Shown here in pieces: positions 1 to 8,523 of a stretch of DNA of 32,000 nt (positions are counted from its first letter, which is position 1; each line of letters starts with the position of its first letter). The notes under the pieces were generated by a model. That model was given only the letters and a program-made list of their open reading frames with translations. It did not search any database and was not told the DNA's origin. Origin of the DNA: a virus; the IMG/VR virus record IMGVR_UViG_3300045970_000175, positions 12,478 to 44,477 of that record; one strand, given 5' to 3'. Made by a program: the position numbers and the translations under genes.

Positions 1-20
1 AGTACAACAATTGGTGTGTT

Positions 21-230
21 TTGAATAAGCTACCTGTCGTAAAAGACCTTGATAACAGAGCCATGAAAACATCAAAGTACAAAAAATTCTTGGCTGCTAT
101 GGCTGCTATGGCTGCTGAGGATGAACCAAGAGCTGATCCTCTAGCAAATAAAACGCACGATGCACCCTCACAGCTTGCTTTGCCTATCAAAAATAAGCCC
201 TATCAGATGAAACTTGGTAATACAGGCTAA
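21..230 (+). CDS. hypothetical protein, probably the 3' end of a CDS that begins upstream of the window
   Basis: The frame is open from nt 3 and the only in-window start is TTG at 21. No recognisable motif. The AAMAAMAA stretch comes from a 9-bp tandem repeat GGCTGCTAT (~94-117). Confidence 0.3.
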   Translation: MNKLPVVKDLDNRAMKTSKYKKFLAAMAAMAAEDEPRADPLANKTHDAPSQLALPIKNKPYQMKLGNTG

Positions 231-276
231 TCATTCCTGACAATCAAGATACTCTAGTTCTCAAAAGTGCTCCAGA

Positions 277-867
277 ATGACTAACTACTCCAGAGCCGAC
301 ATTCGTAGGCTTTTCTGGAGCACCATCCCAATGGAGAAGTGGAGCGTTGCGAAGTGTCGGTCGAAAGATGGCGACATTTATTATCTTGCTAACAGACAGC
401 GCACAGTTATAAAAATCTCAAAACGAAATAAAAACTTCGACATTTTGAAACTTCTTGAGAAACTCGAAGAGGTCGGGTTTCCACTCCGCTTTACAAACGG
501 GATCCAGCAAATCAATTTCACAATACTTGGAAAGTCAGACTTTGGCTGGTATCTAGATGACGAGGTCGCTATAGACGTGAAGCGCAAGCGTCGTATGAAG
601 ACACTGGTCGAGTCATTCGTTCATGAGGTAGCACATCACGTAGACTTCTCTCGTACACGCACGATCAGTTACAATCTACACTCTGAGCGCAAGCGCAAGG
701 GTAGATACATTCACAGTATAGCCAGTGAGTCTGATGACGAGTATTTCGCACGAGGGTTTGAGCGCTTCTACTCTCTGGATCACACACAGAAGAGCGATCT
801 ACGCAAGCACAATCCCAAGCTCTATCATGAGATCCTACGCCTGCATAGGCAGTACAAGAGCAGATAA
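277..867 (+). CDS. zincin-type metallopeptidase-like protein (HExxH)
   Basis: ATG start. FVHEVAHHVD is followed about 40 aa later by DEYFARGFERFY, the HExxH...ExFA layout seen in MtfA/M90-like zincins. The related motif FIHEYMHYID occurs in CDS 5655-6410. Confidence 0.45.
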   Translation: MTNYSRADIRRLFWSTIPMEKWSVAKCRSKDGDIYYLANRQRTVIKISKRNKNFDILKLLEKLEEVGFPLRFTNGIQQINFTILGKSDFGWYLDDEVAIDVKRKRRMKTLVESFVHEVAHHVDFSRTRTISYNLHSERKRKGRYIHSIASESDDEYFARGFERFYSLDHTQKSDLRKHNPKLYHEILRLHRQYKSR

Positions 868-985
868 ATACCAGCAGTTTTTTCTTCTTCTTCTTATAAT
901 ACCAATACTCTATGAGGTCTTTAGTTGTTTAGAGATCTATCTATACTAAGCAGTAAAGCAGTAGTAAAAATCAACTCAACCTGCC

Positions 986-1016
986 GAGGGAATGGTCCCT
1001 CATTGGAGATAAAAAC
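986..1016 (+). promoter_or_regulatory. leader hairpin plus Shine-Dalgarno upstream of the SSB gene
   Basis: 6-bp stem GAGGGA/TCCCTC with a 4-nt loop (986-1001) sits 3 nt before GGAG (1005-1008) and ATG 1017. A TATAAT hexamer lies at 895-900 after a (TTC)n run. Confidence 0.3.
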
Positions 1017-1916
1017 ATGGCTACAGTATCTGAAATTCGCGCTAGACTTGCAACATTGAATCGCAAGGGAAACACCAAGAACCCGGACGTTTGGAAGCCT
1101 ACAGATGAGCACGATGTCCGCTGCCTCAGAAACCCACACAACGCTGACCCTATCGAGGAAGTGACTTTCCACTTCAACGTTGGCGATGCACGTGAGTTGC
1201 TGTGCCCCAGACAGTTTGGTGATGTCTGCGTTGTTTGTGACTTTGCAGAGCAGTTGAAAGGTTTCAAGGACGAGAACGGTAACCAGAAGAAGGAGGCCGA
1301 CAAGAAGGCTGACTGGGAAATCTTCAAGAAGATTCAGGCACAGACTAAGATCTTCGTTCCTGTTATCGAGCGCGTCAAGGATGACAAGGGTAACGTCACT
1401 GGCAACTCTGAGCCTGCATGGTGGGGTCTCACCGGTAACCAGTCGCAGCAAGCCCTCACTGTTTGTGCAGAGGGTGACCGTCTTCGGGCTTGTGGTATCG
1501 ACCCTGACGACGATGAGAAGGCTCTGGACGCATTGTTTGGCACCAAGAAGGCTTTCGACCTTCACGTTAGTTCTGCCAAGCCGGAGAACAAGGATGGCAA
1601 GGGTAACACCAAGTCGTTCTACCAGATCACAATCAAGCCTGTCTATCTTCCAAGTTCTCTCACTGGCAACGCTGCCAAGGACGCTGAACTTCTGAAGAAG
1701 ATCAAGCCTATCCGTGAAGTGTTCCCGAAGCTTCCTGCTACTGAGATCGAGGCTGCGCTGAAGAAGTTCATCGGTGGTGGCATGAAGATCGAAGAGAGCC
1801 GCGGAGAGCCGAAGAAGGCTGAAGAGAAGTACGCTGGTGCTGCGAAGGAGAAGGCTGAGAAGGCTGGAACACGCAGCGTCGATGATGCATTCGGCGCACT
1901 GCTCGAAAGCAAGTAA
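1017..1916 (+). CDS. gp32-like single-stranded DNA-binding protein (Zn-binding)
   Basis: FHFNVGDARELLCPRQFGDVCVVCDF matches the T4 gp32 His/Cys3 zinc module (H...C...CxxC). It has an N-terminal basic segment and an acidic/Lys-rich C-terminal tail. GGAG RBS. Confidence 0.8.
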   Translation: MATVSEIRARLATLNRKGNTKNPDVWKPTDEHDVRCLRNPHNADPIEEVTFHFNVGDARELLCPRQFGDVCVVCDFAEQLKGFKDENGNQKKEADKKADWEIFKKIQAQTKIFVPVIERVKDDKGNVTGNSEPAWWGLTGNQSQQALTVCAEGDRLRACGIDPDDDEKALDALFGTKKAFDLHVSSAKPENKDGKGNTKSFYQITIKPVYLPSSLTGNAAKDAELLKKIKPIREVFPKLPATEIEAALKKFIGGGMKIEESRGEPKKAEEKYAGAAKEKAEKAGTRSVDDAFGALLESK

Positions 1917-1950
1917 TCACAAGTCAGTAAAAAGAGCAACTACGTAAAGA

Positions 1951-1990
1951 GGGGGACGCCAATCATTGGGATTGGCTCCCCTCCCTCTTT
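1951..1990 (+). terminator. putative intrinsic terminator after the SSB gene
   Basis: Inner stem GCCAATC/GATTGGC (1958-1976) is extended by GGGGA/TCCCC, then CCCTCTTT. The U-tract is weak. Confidence 0.45.
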
Positions 1991-2004
1991 GGAGCGCTAT
2001 ATCA

Positions 2005-2496
2005 ATGCCTAACTACTTTCGTGTTAAGAATCTCGCAGGTTTCGAAGGTCTAGTAATGAAGACGGAAGATGTAAAAGAAGAGTACGACAACGTTCTTTGT
2101 GTGTTGTCATTCTTTGATACAAGTGATAACTCAGTAGTTGATTTGCCAGATGGGAGCGTGTATATTGCCGCTCGTTTTCTTGAACCTGTAAGCTACTTTG
2201 ACTTTGCTCAACTCGTGCAAGTGCAAGTTAAAAACGACAAGTATCTCTACGAAGGTACGTTTGTCAAGAAGAAGCTCACAGTCGCGTACACAGTGTATGA
2301 AAACTCTATCTCTGTGACGATCTTCGAACTGCACGACAAAAATGTACAAAACACCATTTACACTCAGAACTTCTTTGATGAAAAGATGACAGCACTCAAA
2401 TACATCGAGAATGTTATGAATGAGAAAACAGACCCTGAAGATCTTGTATTTGCGCTGAGAGATCTGAAGGAAAGCGAACTATTAGGAGATCAATAA
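2005..2496 (+). CDS. hypothetical protein
   Basis: The ORF-track start TTG 1966 lies inside the terminator hairpin. ATG 2005 is preceded by GGAG; ATG 2057 is also possible. No motif recognised. Confidence 0.5.
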   Translation: MPNYFRVKNLAGFEGLVMKTEDVKEEYDNVLCVLSFFDTSDNSVVDLPDGSVYIAARFLEPVSYFDFAQLVQVQVKNDKYLYEGTFVKKKLTVAYTVYENSISVTIFELHDKNVQNTIYTQNFFDEKMTALKYIENVMNEKTDPEDLVFALRDLKESELLGDQ

Positions 2497-2497
2497 C

Positions 2498-3853
2498 ATG
2501 GCGAAAAAGAATAGGGAAGTAGAAGTTGAAGATGATACGCCCGTTGAAAAGGAGACTGATGTAGCCAAGTTATCTAAACTTCTCATCAAGGCTTTCAACA
2601 AGGACGAAGCAAAGACAGGTAAGGTCGCTTGGAACCTTGCTTCAGACGACAATCCGACTGACGTCAAGGAGTGGATCAGCACGGGCAACACTCTTCTCGA
2701 CTACTGCATCTCTAACAGACGCAATGGTGGTTTGCCAGTTGGTAAGTTGGTTGAGATCATGGGTGAAGAAGCGTCTGGTAAATCTCTTATGTGTGCAGAG
2801 ATTGCAGCTGAAACGCAGAGACGTGGTGGCATCGTTGGTTACCTTGACGCAGAAAACGCGATGAGCCCAGAGTTCGCCACGCAGATTGGCGTCGATCTTC
2901 GTAAGATGATCTATCTTCAGCCAGGAACTGTCGAAGAGGCGGGTGAGCAGATCGAGAAGATGATCTTGATGACCAGACAGAAGGCTCCTGATCAGCTTGT
3001 GACGATTATCTGGGACTCGACCGCGCAGACACCAACTCAGGCTGAAATCGAAGGTGACTACGAAATCAACATGAACGTGCAGATGGAGAAGCCTAAGGCA
3101 ATGGCTAAGATGATGCGGAAGCTTACGCAAACTCTAGGCCGCGAGCGTATTCTTCTTGTCTTCACAAACCAACTGAAGTTCAAGCCTGGTGTTATGTATG
3201 GCGACCCGCTGTTCGCTCCTGGTGGGAAGGCTGTTCCCTACGCTGCTTCTGTCCGCATCAAACTTACTCGTGGCAAGACTGCTAAAGAGGGCGATGATGT
3301 CAATGACACTGACAAGGATTACGCTGCCTCTGATGAAAATGTGATGGGAGTTCACACTAAGGTTTCCATCGTCAAGAACCGCTGTGGTCCGCCGCTTCGT
3401 AAGTGCAAGTTCTTCATCAGTTTCGCTCACGGTATTGAAGACGAGCAGTCATGGTTCCAGTTCCTCCATGACGAGAAGGTGATGTCAAAGAACAATGGAT
3501 GGTGGACATTCGAAGAGTTCCGTCCTGTGCTTGCAGCAAACTACAAGGAAATCGCTGCTGACGCAGAGGCAACTCTTGAGAAGGCAAAGACCGAACTCGA
3601 CAAGGAAAAGGAGAAGGTTGCCAAGAAGCAGCTCAAGGAAGTTGAAGAGCTCATTGCAAAAGCAGAGGGCTGGCAGTTTAGAACTTCAGATTGGCCTGCT
3701 GTTCTTGATAATACAGCGGGTCTCAGGAAGTGGGTCGAAGACAAGCTGGAACAGCTGCTCGTTATCAAGTACGGTGACAAGCTTCCACTGCCAGATCCAG
3801 AGAGCCTGCTTGAGACAGAGCAGTTTGTTGCTGATCTTGAAGACGGAGAGTAG
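2498..3853 (+). CDS. recA: RecA-family recombinase with N- and C-terminal extensions
   Basis: GKLVEIMGEEASGKSLMCAEIAAETQRRGGIVGYLDAENAMSPEFATQIGVD parallels the RecA core (Walker A GxxxSGKS; FIDAEHAL-like segment). Walker B is LVTIIWDS. About 120 extra C-terminal residues are coiled-coil/acidic. Confidence 0.9.
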   Translation: MAKKNREVEVEDDTPVEKETDVAKLSKLLIKAFNKDEAKTGKVAWNLASDDNPTDVKEWISTGNTLLDYCISNRRNGGLPVGKLVEIMGEEASGKSLMCAEIAAETQRRGGIVGYLDAENAMSPEFATQIGVDLRKMIYLQPGTVEEAGEQIEKMILMTRQKAPDQLVTIIWDSTAQTPTQAEIEGDYEINMNVQMEKPKAMAKMMRKLTQTLGRERILLVFTNQLKFKPGVMYGDPLFAPGGKAVPYAASVRIKLTRGKTAKEGDDVNDTDKDYAASDENVMGVHTKVSIVKNRCGPPLRKCKFFISFAHGIEDEQSWFQFLHDEKVMSKNNGWWTFEEFRPVLAANYKEIAADAEATLEKAKTELDKEKEKVAKKQLKEVEELIAKAEGWQFRTSDWPAVLDNTAGLRKWVEDKLEQLLVIKYGDKLPLPDPESLLETEQFVADLEDGE

Positions 3854-3881
3854 AATGTCTCAGGAAAGATCTAGATAACGT

Positions 3882-4406
3882 ATGAGGTTCGAGCCGGGAA
3901 GCATAATCAGATTTACATACAAACATCAGGACGTCGATGCTAGCACAGGCGATAAGTTCAAGGAAGTCCTTGTTCTGAACCCAAACTGGAATAATAAACT
4001 TCATGCAATAGACCTCAAGCGCCTTTCACCAGCAGAACGAGAGGTGCTTGAGGCTGTTCTTGATCCAGAGCAAAAAGATAAGCCTCACCGCATTCCATTG
4101 GTAAATGACATCAAGAGACGTATGGATCCAATCGAAATGATCAGGAATCCAGTTGCGTTCTACACAAAGTTCGTAAAACCGTTTTTACGGTCGAAAGACG
4201 CATACAGACAATACATCCCATCCTTGATGTCTGGCATAACAAAGATCAAGGACGCAAGCATCAAGACCGGAAAGAAGCCTGTCGCGAATCCACTGTTCGG
4301 CCAGAAGCCAGGGCAAACTCAAACGCAGCAACCCACAGCACAACCAAAGCCGCTCACTGCTATCGATGTAATGAAGCAGAACGCTGCTAATAGGGGTCTC
4401 AAATGA
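3882..4406 (+). CDS. hypothetical protein
   Basis: Long ORF in the operon frame with a Q/P-rich C-terminal part. No motif recognised. Confidence 0.5.
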   Translation: MRFEPGSIIRFTYKHQDVDASTGDKFKEVLVLNPNWNNKLHAIDLKRLSPAEREVLEAVLDPEQKDKPHRIPLVNDIKRRMDPIEMIRNPVAFYTKFVKPFLRSKDAYRQYIPSLMSGITKIKDASIKTGKKPVANPLFGQKPGQTQTQQPTAQPKPLTAIDVMKQNAANRGLK

Positions 4407-4407
4407 C

Positions 4408-4623
4408 ATGTGCTGCAAAAACAGGAAGTATCTAGCAAGAGCAATAAACACAACACTACTATGCGCTGGTGGTTTTTCATTCGGTCGTGACTTTGGCTTG
4501 TGGATTTACGGCAGAAACATGCATGACATCCTCATCACAGGATTTATTGGTGCTGCTTTGTTTTTTGTGTTTAGTATCTGGATGAGAAACACATGTCGAT
4601 GCACTCACAAGTACATACGCTGA
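4408..4623 (+). CDS. small putative membrane protein
   Basis: The ATG is 1 nt after the previous stop. It has hydrophobic segments LLCAGGFSF and ITGFIGAALFFVFSIW. Confidence 0.4.
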   Translation: MCCKNRKYLARAINTTLLCAGGFSFGRDFGLWIYGRNMHDILITGFIGAALFFVFSIWMRNTCRCTHKYIR

Positions 4624-4669
4624 GTGGAATGTGGTACATTAGAGCCCTTATGTATAGTAAGGGAGTTCT

Positions 4670-5665
4670 ATGTACAACAAGGTTTTGATTTTTGACGGAA
4701 CAAATACTTTCCACCGCAACTTCGTAGTCAATCCAACCTCAGACATGAACGGAGAACCTATCGGAGGCGTGATAGGGACAATTCGCTCTGTGAAGTACAT
4801 GGTTGCAGAGACGAAGCCTGACAAAGTAATCTTTGTGTGGGACGGTGACGGCGGTGGAAAGAGACGTCGTGGTATTATCTCAGACTACAAGATGGGTCGC
4901 AAGCCTCGCTTGAATAGAGAAGTTGAAGAAGGCGTGAAAGACAGCCGCCAGAACTTCGCATGGCAGGCTCAAAAGCTCAAACAACTCCTTCCATTTCTTG
5001 GCGTCACTCAGATTGAAGTAGACGACATCGAAGCCGACGACACAATAGGGTACTTAGTTGGTCTGTTAGATCCCTGCGCGAAGGTTGTGGTGTCTTCAGA
5101 TAGGGACATGTGGCAACTCGTAAGCGACACCACTGTAGTTTACTGGCCGACTAAGAAAGTTTTTATAAGCAAGGGAACTTTCAACGAGCATTCTCCGATC
5201 CTTCCTGAAAACTACGTACTTGCTCGGGCAATTGCTATGGGCGACAACTCAGATAACATCAAGGGTATAAAGGGCCTCGGCGAGAAAACGCTTTTAAAAC
5301 TTTTTCCTGTCCTGACTAACACTCCTGTTGATCAAGAAAGACTTAACCAAATCATCCGTGACTGTTTGGCTAGTGATGCCAAAGGCGAGATGGATCCCAA
5401 ACTTACTTCATCACAAAAGAAGTGGTTCCAGGTCGTTTTGGACAACACGGAACTAGTTAGCAAGAACGTAGAAGTCATGCAACTTACGACACCGAACATC
5501 TCCGCTCAGGCAGCAGGTATTATCAAAAACGCTGCTGGACTTGCACAAACTTTCAACATCACTGGGTTCAAGATCGCGCTGCTGAATAACAACATTCAGC
5601 TGACTGATCAAGAGTTGTTCCCAATCTTCCAGCAGTATAAGGCGAGGGCAGCGAATGCGGCTTAA
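4670..5665 (+). CDS. 5'-3' exonuclease / flap endonuclease (Pol I N-terminal domain-like, T4 RNase H class)
   Basis: PIN-like acidic motifs VWDGDGGGKRRR, EADDTIGYL and VVSSDRDMWQL, plus the H3TH motif GDNSDNIKGIKGLGEKTLLKL. AAGGGAG RBS. Confidence 0.9.
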   Translation: MYNKVLIFDGTNTFHRNFVVNPTSDMNGEPIGGVIGTIRSVKYMVAETKPDKVIFVWDGDGGGKRRRGIISDYKMGRKPRLNREVEEGVKDSRQNFAWQAQKLKQLLPFLGVTQIEVDDIEADDTIGYLVGLLDPCAKVVVSSDRDMWQLVSDTTVVYWPTKKVFISKGTFNEHSPILPENYVLARAIAMGDNSDNIKGIKGLGEKTLLKLFPVLTNTPVDQERLNQIIRDCLASDAKGEMDPKLTSSQKKWFQVVLDNTELVSKNVEVMQLTTPNISAQAAGIIKNAAGLAQTFNITGFKIALLNNNIQLTDQELFPIFQQYKARAANAA

Positions 5666-6410
5666 AGATGTCTTCATAATCGAAGGAGCGCAAGACGCAG
5701 AGTTTCGTGCTCAAGCGCAACAGTCTTTCGATACGCTAAGAAAAAATCTCAACAACTCTCCGGCTGCTGCGTGGTTGCCAGAAAAACTTGTTCGCAAGGT
5801 GCATAATAAAGATACGTCTTGGCAGTTTGGACCACCAATCACAAACGGTCTCCCACAAGATCTCGACATACACTTCGCGCTTGTTCCTCAAGGCGAAGGA
5901 TTTTCTGAAGCGACGTACGCTAGACGTGTTCCACCAAAAACTGGCGGCGTCATGTTTATCTTCTTCGAACTTCCTCCACAAAAGTATCAAGAAGTTCTAA
6001 GAGATCCAGGTAAAGCAAAAGAAGTTGCAAGACTTAACGCAGTTAGAATGCTTGATAAGGTTCGTCGTCAGTTTATTCACGAATACATGCACTACATTGA
6101 TAGATCCCGCACTAAGGGAGCTGTCGAACCATCTTCATTAGCAAGACAGAGAGGACAGACAGATTATTACAAGCATCCTCTCGAGATGAACGCTTACATA
6201 CAAGAAATGTCTGATGAAGTTGAGCAAGCAGTCAAGAGAGATCCAAAAGTGCTTGGCAGAAGCGTCACTGAGTTTTACAAAAACTTTATTAGCATCACGA
6301 AGAGAGCAAATCCCGCATTTTATGCCCACATCAGGCAACGCAATGTCCCGAAATTGAAGAAGCGCATTGCGCAACTCTACAACGACCTAAAAGATAAGAC
6401 ATCTGGTTGA
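5655..6410 (+). CDS. HExxH motif protein (putative zincin), distant paralogue of 277-867
   Basis: FIHEYMHYIDRSRTKG is followed by PLEMNAYIQEMSDE; compare FVHEVAHHVDFSRTRT ... DEYFARGFERFY in 277-867. Confidence 0.4.
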   Translation: MRLKDVFIIEGAQDAEFRAQAQQSFDTLRKNLNNSPAAAWLPEKLVRKVHNKDTSWQFGPPITNGLPQDLDIHFALVPQGEGFSEATYARRVPPKTGGVMFIFFELPPQKYQEVLRDPGKAKEVARLNAVRMLDKVRRQFIHEYMHYIDRSRTKGAVEPSSLARQRGQTDYYKHPLEMNAYIQEMSDEVEQAVKRDPKVLGRSVTEFYKNFISITKRANPAFYAHIRQRNVPKLKKRIAQLYNDLKDKTSG

Positions 6411-6475
6411 GCAGTAAGCGGTAAGACACACCACTTATAATCCAACCAACAGTTTTCTTGAGGGAACCAATAAAA

Positions 6476-7135
6476 ATGAGCACAGAGCAACTTGATCCTA
6501 AAGACACATTTAAGGGTCGAAGATTTCATGTTCATTTTTGTGTTGTCTGTAGCGAAAAATTTTTGTATAATAGGCCTCCTGGAAATAAGGCTGCAAAGAC
6601 TTGCTCAAAATTATGCGCGAACATACTTCGCTCAATGAAGACGTCTGGAAAAACTCATACACAACAACATGCAGAAAAGATACGCATTGCACTAACTGGG
6701 AAAAATTATTCTACTGAAAGATGTCTTGCAATAAGTTTAGGAAGAAAAGGCAAGAGTGCTGGCAGTGATCACTGGAATTGGAATGAAGATAGAGGCTTTT
6801 TACTTGCTCGCAAGAAGTCTTCTGGCGCGATGAGAAGCATATTGCGACACACTTTAGATCAACTTGGAGGAAAGAAAAATAGAAAAACAGAAGAGTTGTT
6901 GGGATACACTCACGTTGAGTTGAGAAATCATCTTGAGAGACTGTTTAAACCTGGTATGACATGGGAAAATTATGGATACGGTGATGACAAATGGCACATT
7001 GACCACATCAAGCCTGTGTCGGCGTTTGAAATAGGTGAACATCCTAAAGATGTAAATGCCCTAAGAAATCTTCAACCTCTATGGCAACACGAGAATTTTG
7101 TAAAGGGAAAAAAATGGGAGAAAAGTAATGAGTGA
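6476..7135 (+). CDS. HNH homing endonuclease with N-terminal Cys4 zinc ribbon
   Basis: KWHIDHIKPVSAFE...NLQPLWQHENFVKGKK is an HNH core. The N-terminal motif is CVVCSEKF...CSKLC. ATG 6476 follows GAGGGA; the track start is TTG 6458. Clear paralogue of 12897-13463. Confidence 0.85.
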   Translation: MSTEQLDPKDTFKGRRFHVHFCVVCSEKFLYNRPPGNKAAKTCSKLCANILRSMKTSGKTHTQQHAEKIRIALTGKNYSTERCLAISLGRKGKSAGSDHWNWNEDRGFLLARKKSSGAMRSILRHTLDQLGGKKNRKTEELLGYTHVELRNHLERLFKPGMTWENYGYGDDKWHIDHIKPVSAFEIGEHPKDVNALRNLQPLWQHENFVKGKKWEKSNE

Positions 7136-8510
7136 AAATGTAGAAATAGATCCTAAAGATACTTTTGCAAACTTTGGCCGCGGGTATCAGGAGAAAGTCA
7201 TGCAGGCGATGATTAGCGATAGCCTGTTCGCCGACCAGATGCTAGACGTTCTTAACCCGAAGTTCTTCGACGTAAGTTACCTACAGGAGATTGCAGGAAA
7301 GTTCTTTGACCACAAGCGCAAGTACAAGACATTCCCGTCTGCTGATGTTCTTGAGTTGATGGTGACAAAAGATCAGGCGCTTGAGCAGCAGGTTTCGCTT
7401 CAAGTTAAGGAATACCTAAAGCGTGCTATTGCTATTCCGCTTAACGGTGACCGTGGTTACATTCAAGAGAGTTCTCTCGACTTCTGTAAGAAGCAGACGA
7501 TGAAGGATGCTCTCATTAAAGCCATCGACAAGATGGAGGAGATGAAATTTGACGACATCGCACCTATCATCAAGGACGCACTTGTGGCTGGTGCTCCTCG
7601 CGACCTGGGGCATGATTACGCTGCTGGATTTGCTCAGCGTGCCACTCGTTCTGACGCTAAGCGCATCAGCTCTGGTTGGACTCCTCTTGATAATGTTCTT
7701 AACGGTGGCTGGGAGCGTGGCACAATTACTACGTTCATTGCTCCAACGGGTGCAGGTAAGTCTCACTTCCTTGTTAACGCGGCTGCTTCGGCGATCGAAC
7801 AAGGACTGAACGCTGTATACATCACACTTGAAATGGCAGACTACAAGATTGGTCTGCGTTTCGACAGCTACTACTCTGGCATTGAGTTGAACCATGTGCA
7901 AGAACATGCTGTTAAAGTCGAAGAGGTTGCTAAGTCAAAGGCTAAGGGCCGTCTCTTCATCAAGGAGTTCCCGACAAAGGCCGCAACAGTCCAGACAATC
8001 CGCTCTTATCTCCAGAGACTTCAGGCAATCCACAACTTCGTACCAGACATCGTTTGCGTAGACTATGCTGACTTGCTTCGTGGTGCTCGTGGTTATGCTG
8101 ACAAGCGTTTCGAACTTGAAGGCAACTATGAAGAGCTGAGAGCGCTTGCACAGGAGTTTAGACTGTGTGTTCTCACCGCTGACCAGACAAACCGCTCAGG
8201 ACTTGAGATGGAAGTCGTTACCATTGGTCAGATTGGTGAAAGCTATGCTAAGGCTACAGTCTGCGACCTCATCATGACAGTCTCTCGTACAATGGAAGAC
8301 AAGCAGTCTAACACTGGTCGTCTATTCGTTGCAAAGAGCCGCCTCGGAAGAGACGGAATGATCTTCCCATTCATCATGAACCCTGCCACAGTCAAGGTCT
8401 CACTACTTGCTGAAGGTTCCATGAGCGAAATGTCAGAAGAGGAAGCAGCAAGACAGAAGGAACGGCTCGGTGATAAGTTCCAGAAGTTTATGAATAAGCG
8501 CGAGAAATAA
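7128..8510 (+). CDS. dnaB: DnaB-family replicative DNA helicase
   Basis: Walker A FIAPTGAGKSHF, Walker B IVCVDYADLL, the DnaB-type motif LTADQTNRSG, and an N-terminal helical domain. Confidence 0.9.
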   Translation: MSENVEIDPKDTFANFGRGYQEKVMQAMISDSLFADQMLDVLNPKFFDVSYLQEIAGKFFDHKRKYKTFPSADVLELMVTKDQALEQQVSLQVKEYLKRAIAIPLNGDRGYIQESSLDFCKKQTMKDALIKAIDKMEEMKFDDIAPIIKDALVAGAPRDLGHDYAAGFAQRATRSDAKRISSGWTPLDNVLNGGWERGTITTFIAPTGAGKSHFLVNAAASAIEQGLNAVYITLEMADYKIGLRFDSYYSGIELNHVQEHAVKVEEVAKSKAKGRLFIKEFPTKAATVQTIRSYLQRLQAIHNFVPDIVCVDYADLLRGARGYADKRFELEGNYEELRALAQEFRLCVLTADQTNRSGLEMEVVTIGQIGESYAKATVCDLIMTVSRTMEDKQSNTGRLFVAKSRLGRDGMIFPFIMNPATVKVSLLAEGSMSEMSEEEAARQKERLGDKFQKFMNKREK

Positions 8511-8523
8511 GGAGATAAATACA

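Noticed and set aside
94-900. Short tandem repeats: GGCTGCTAT x2.6 (94-117) and (TTC)n (882-895).
   Set aside because: Both are too short and simple to be CRISPR, iterons or a meaningful satellite. The first is merely coding (AAMAAMAA). No CRISPR-like repeat-spacer structure exists anywhere in the window.
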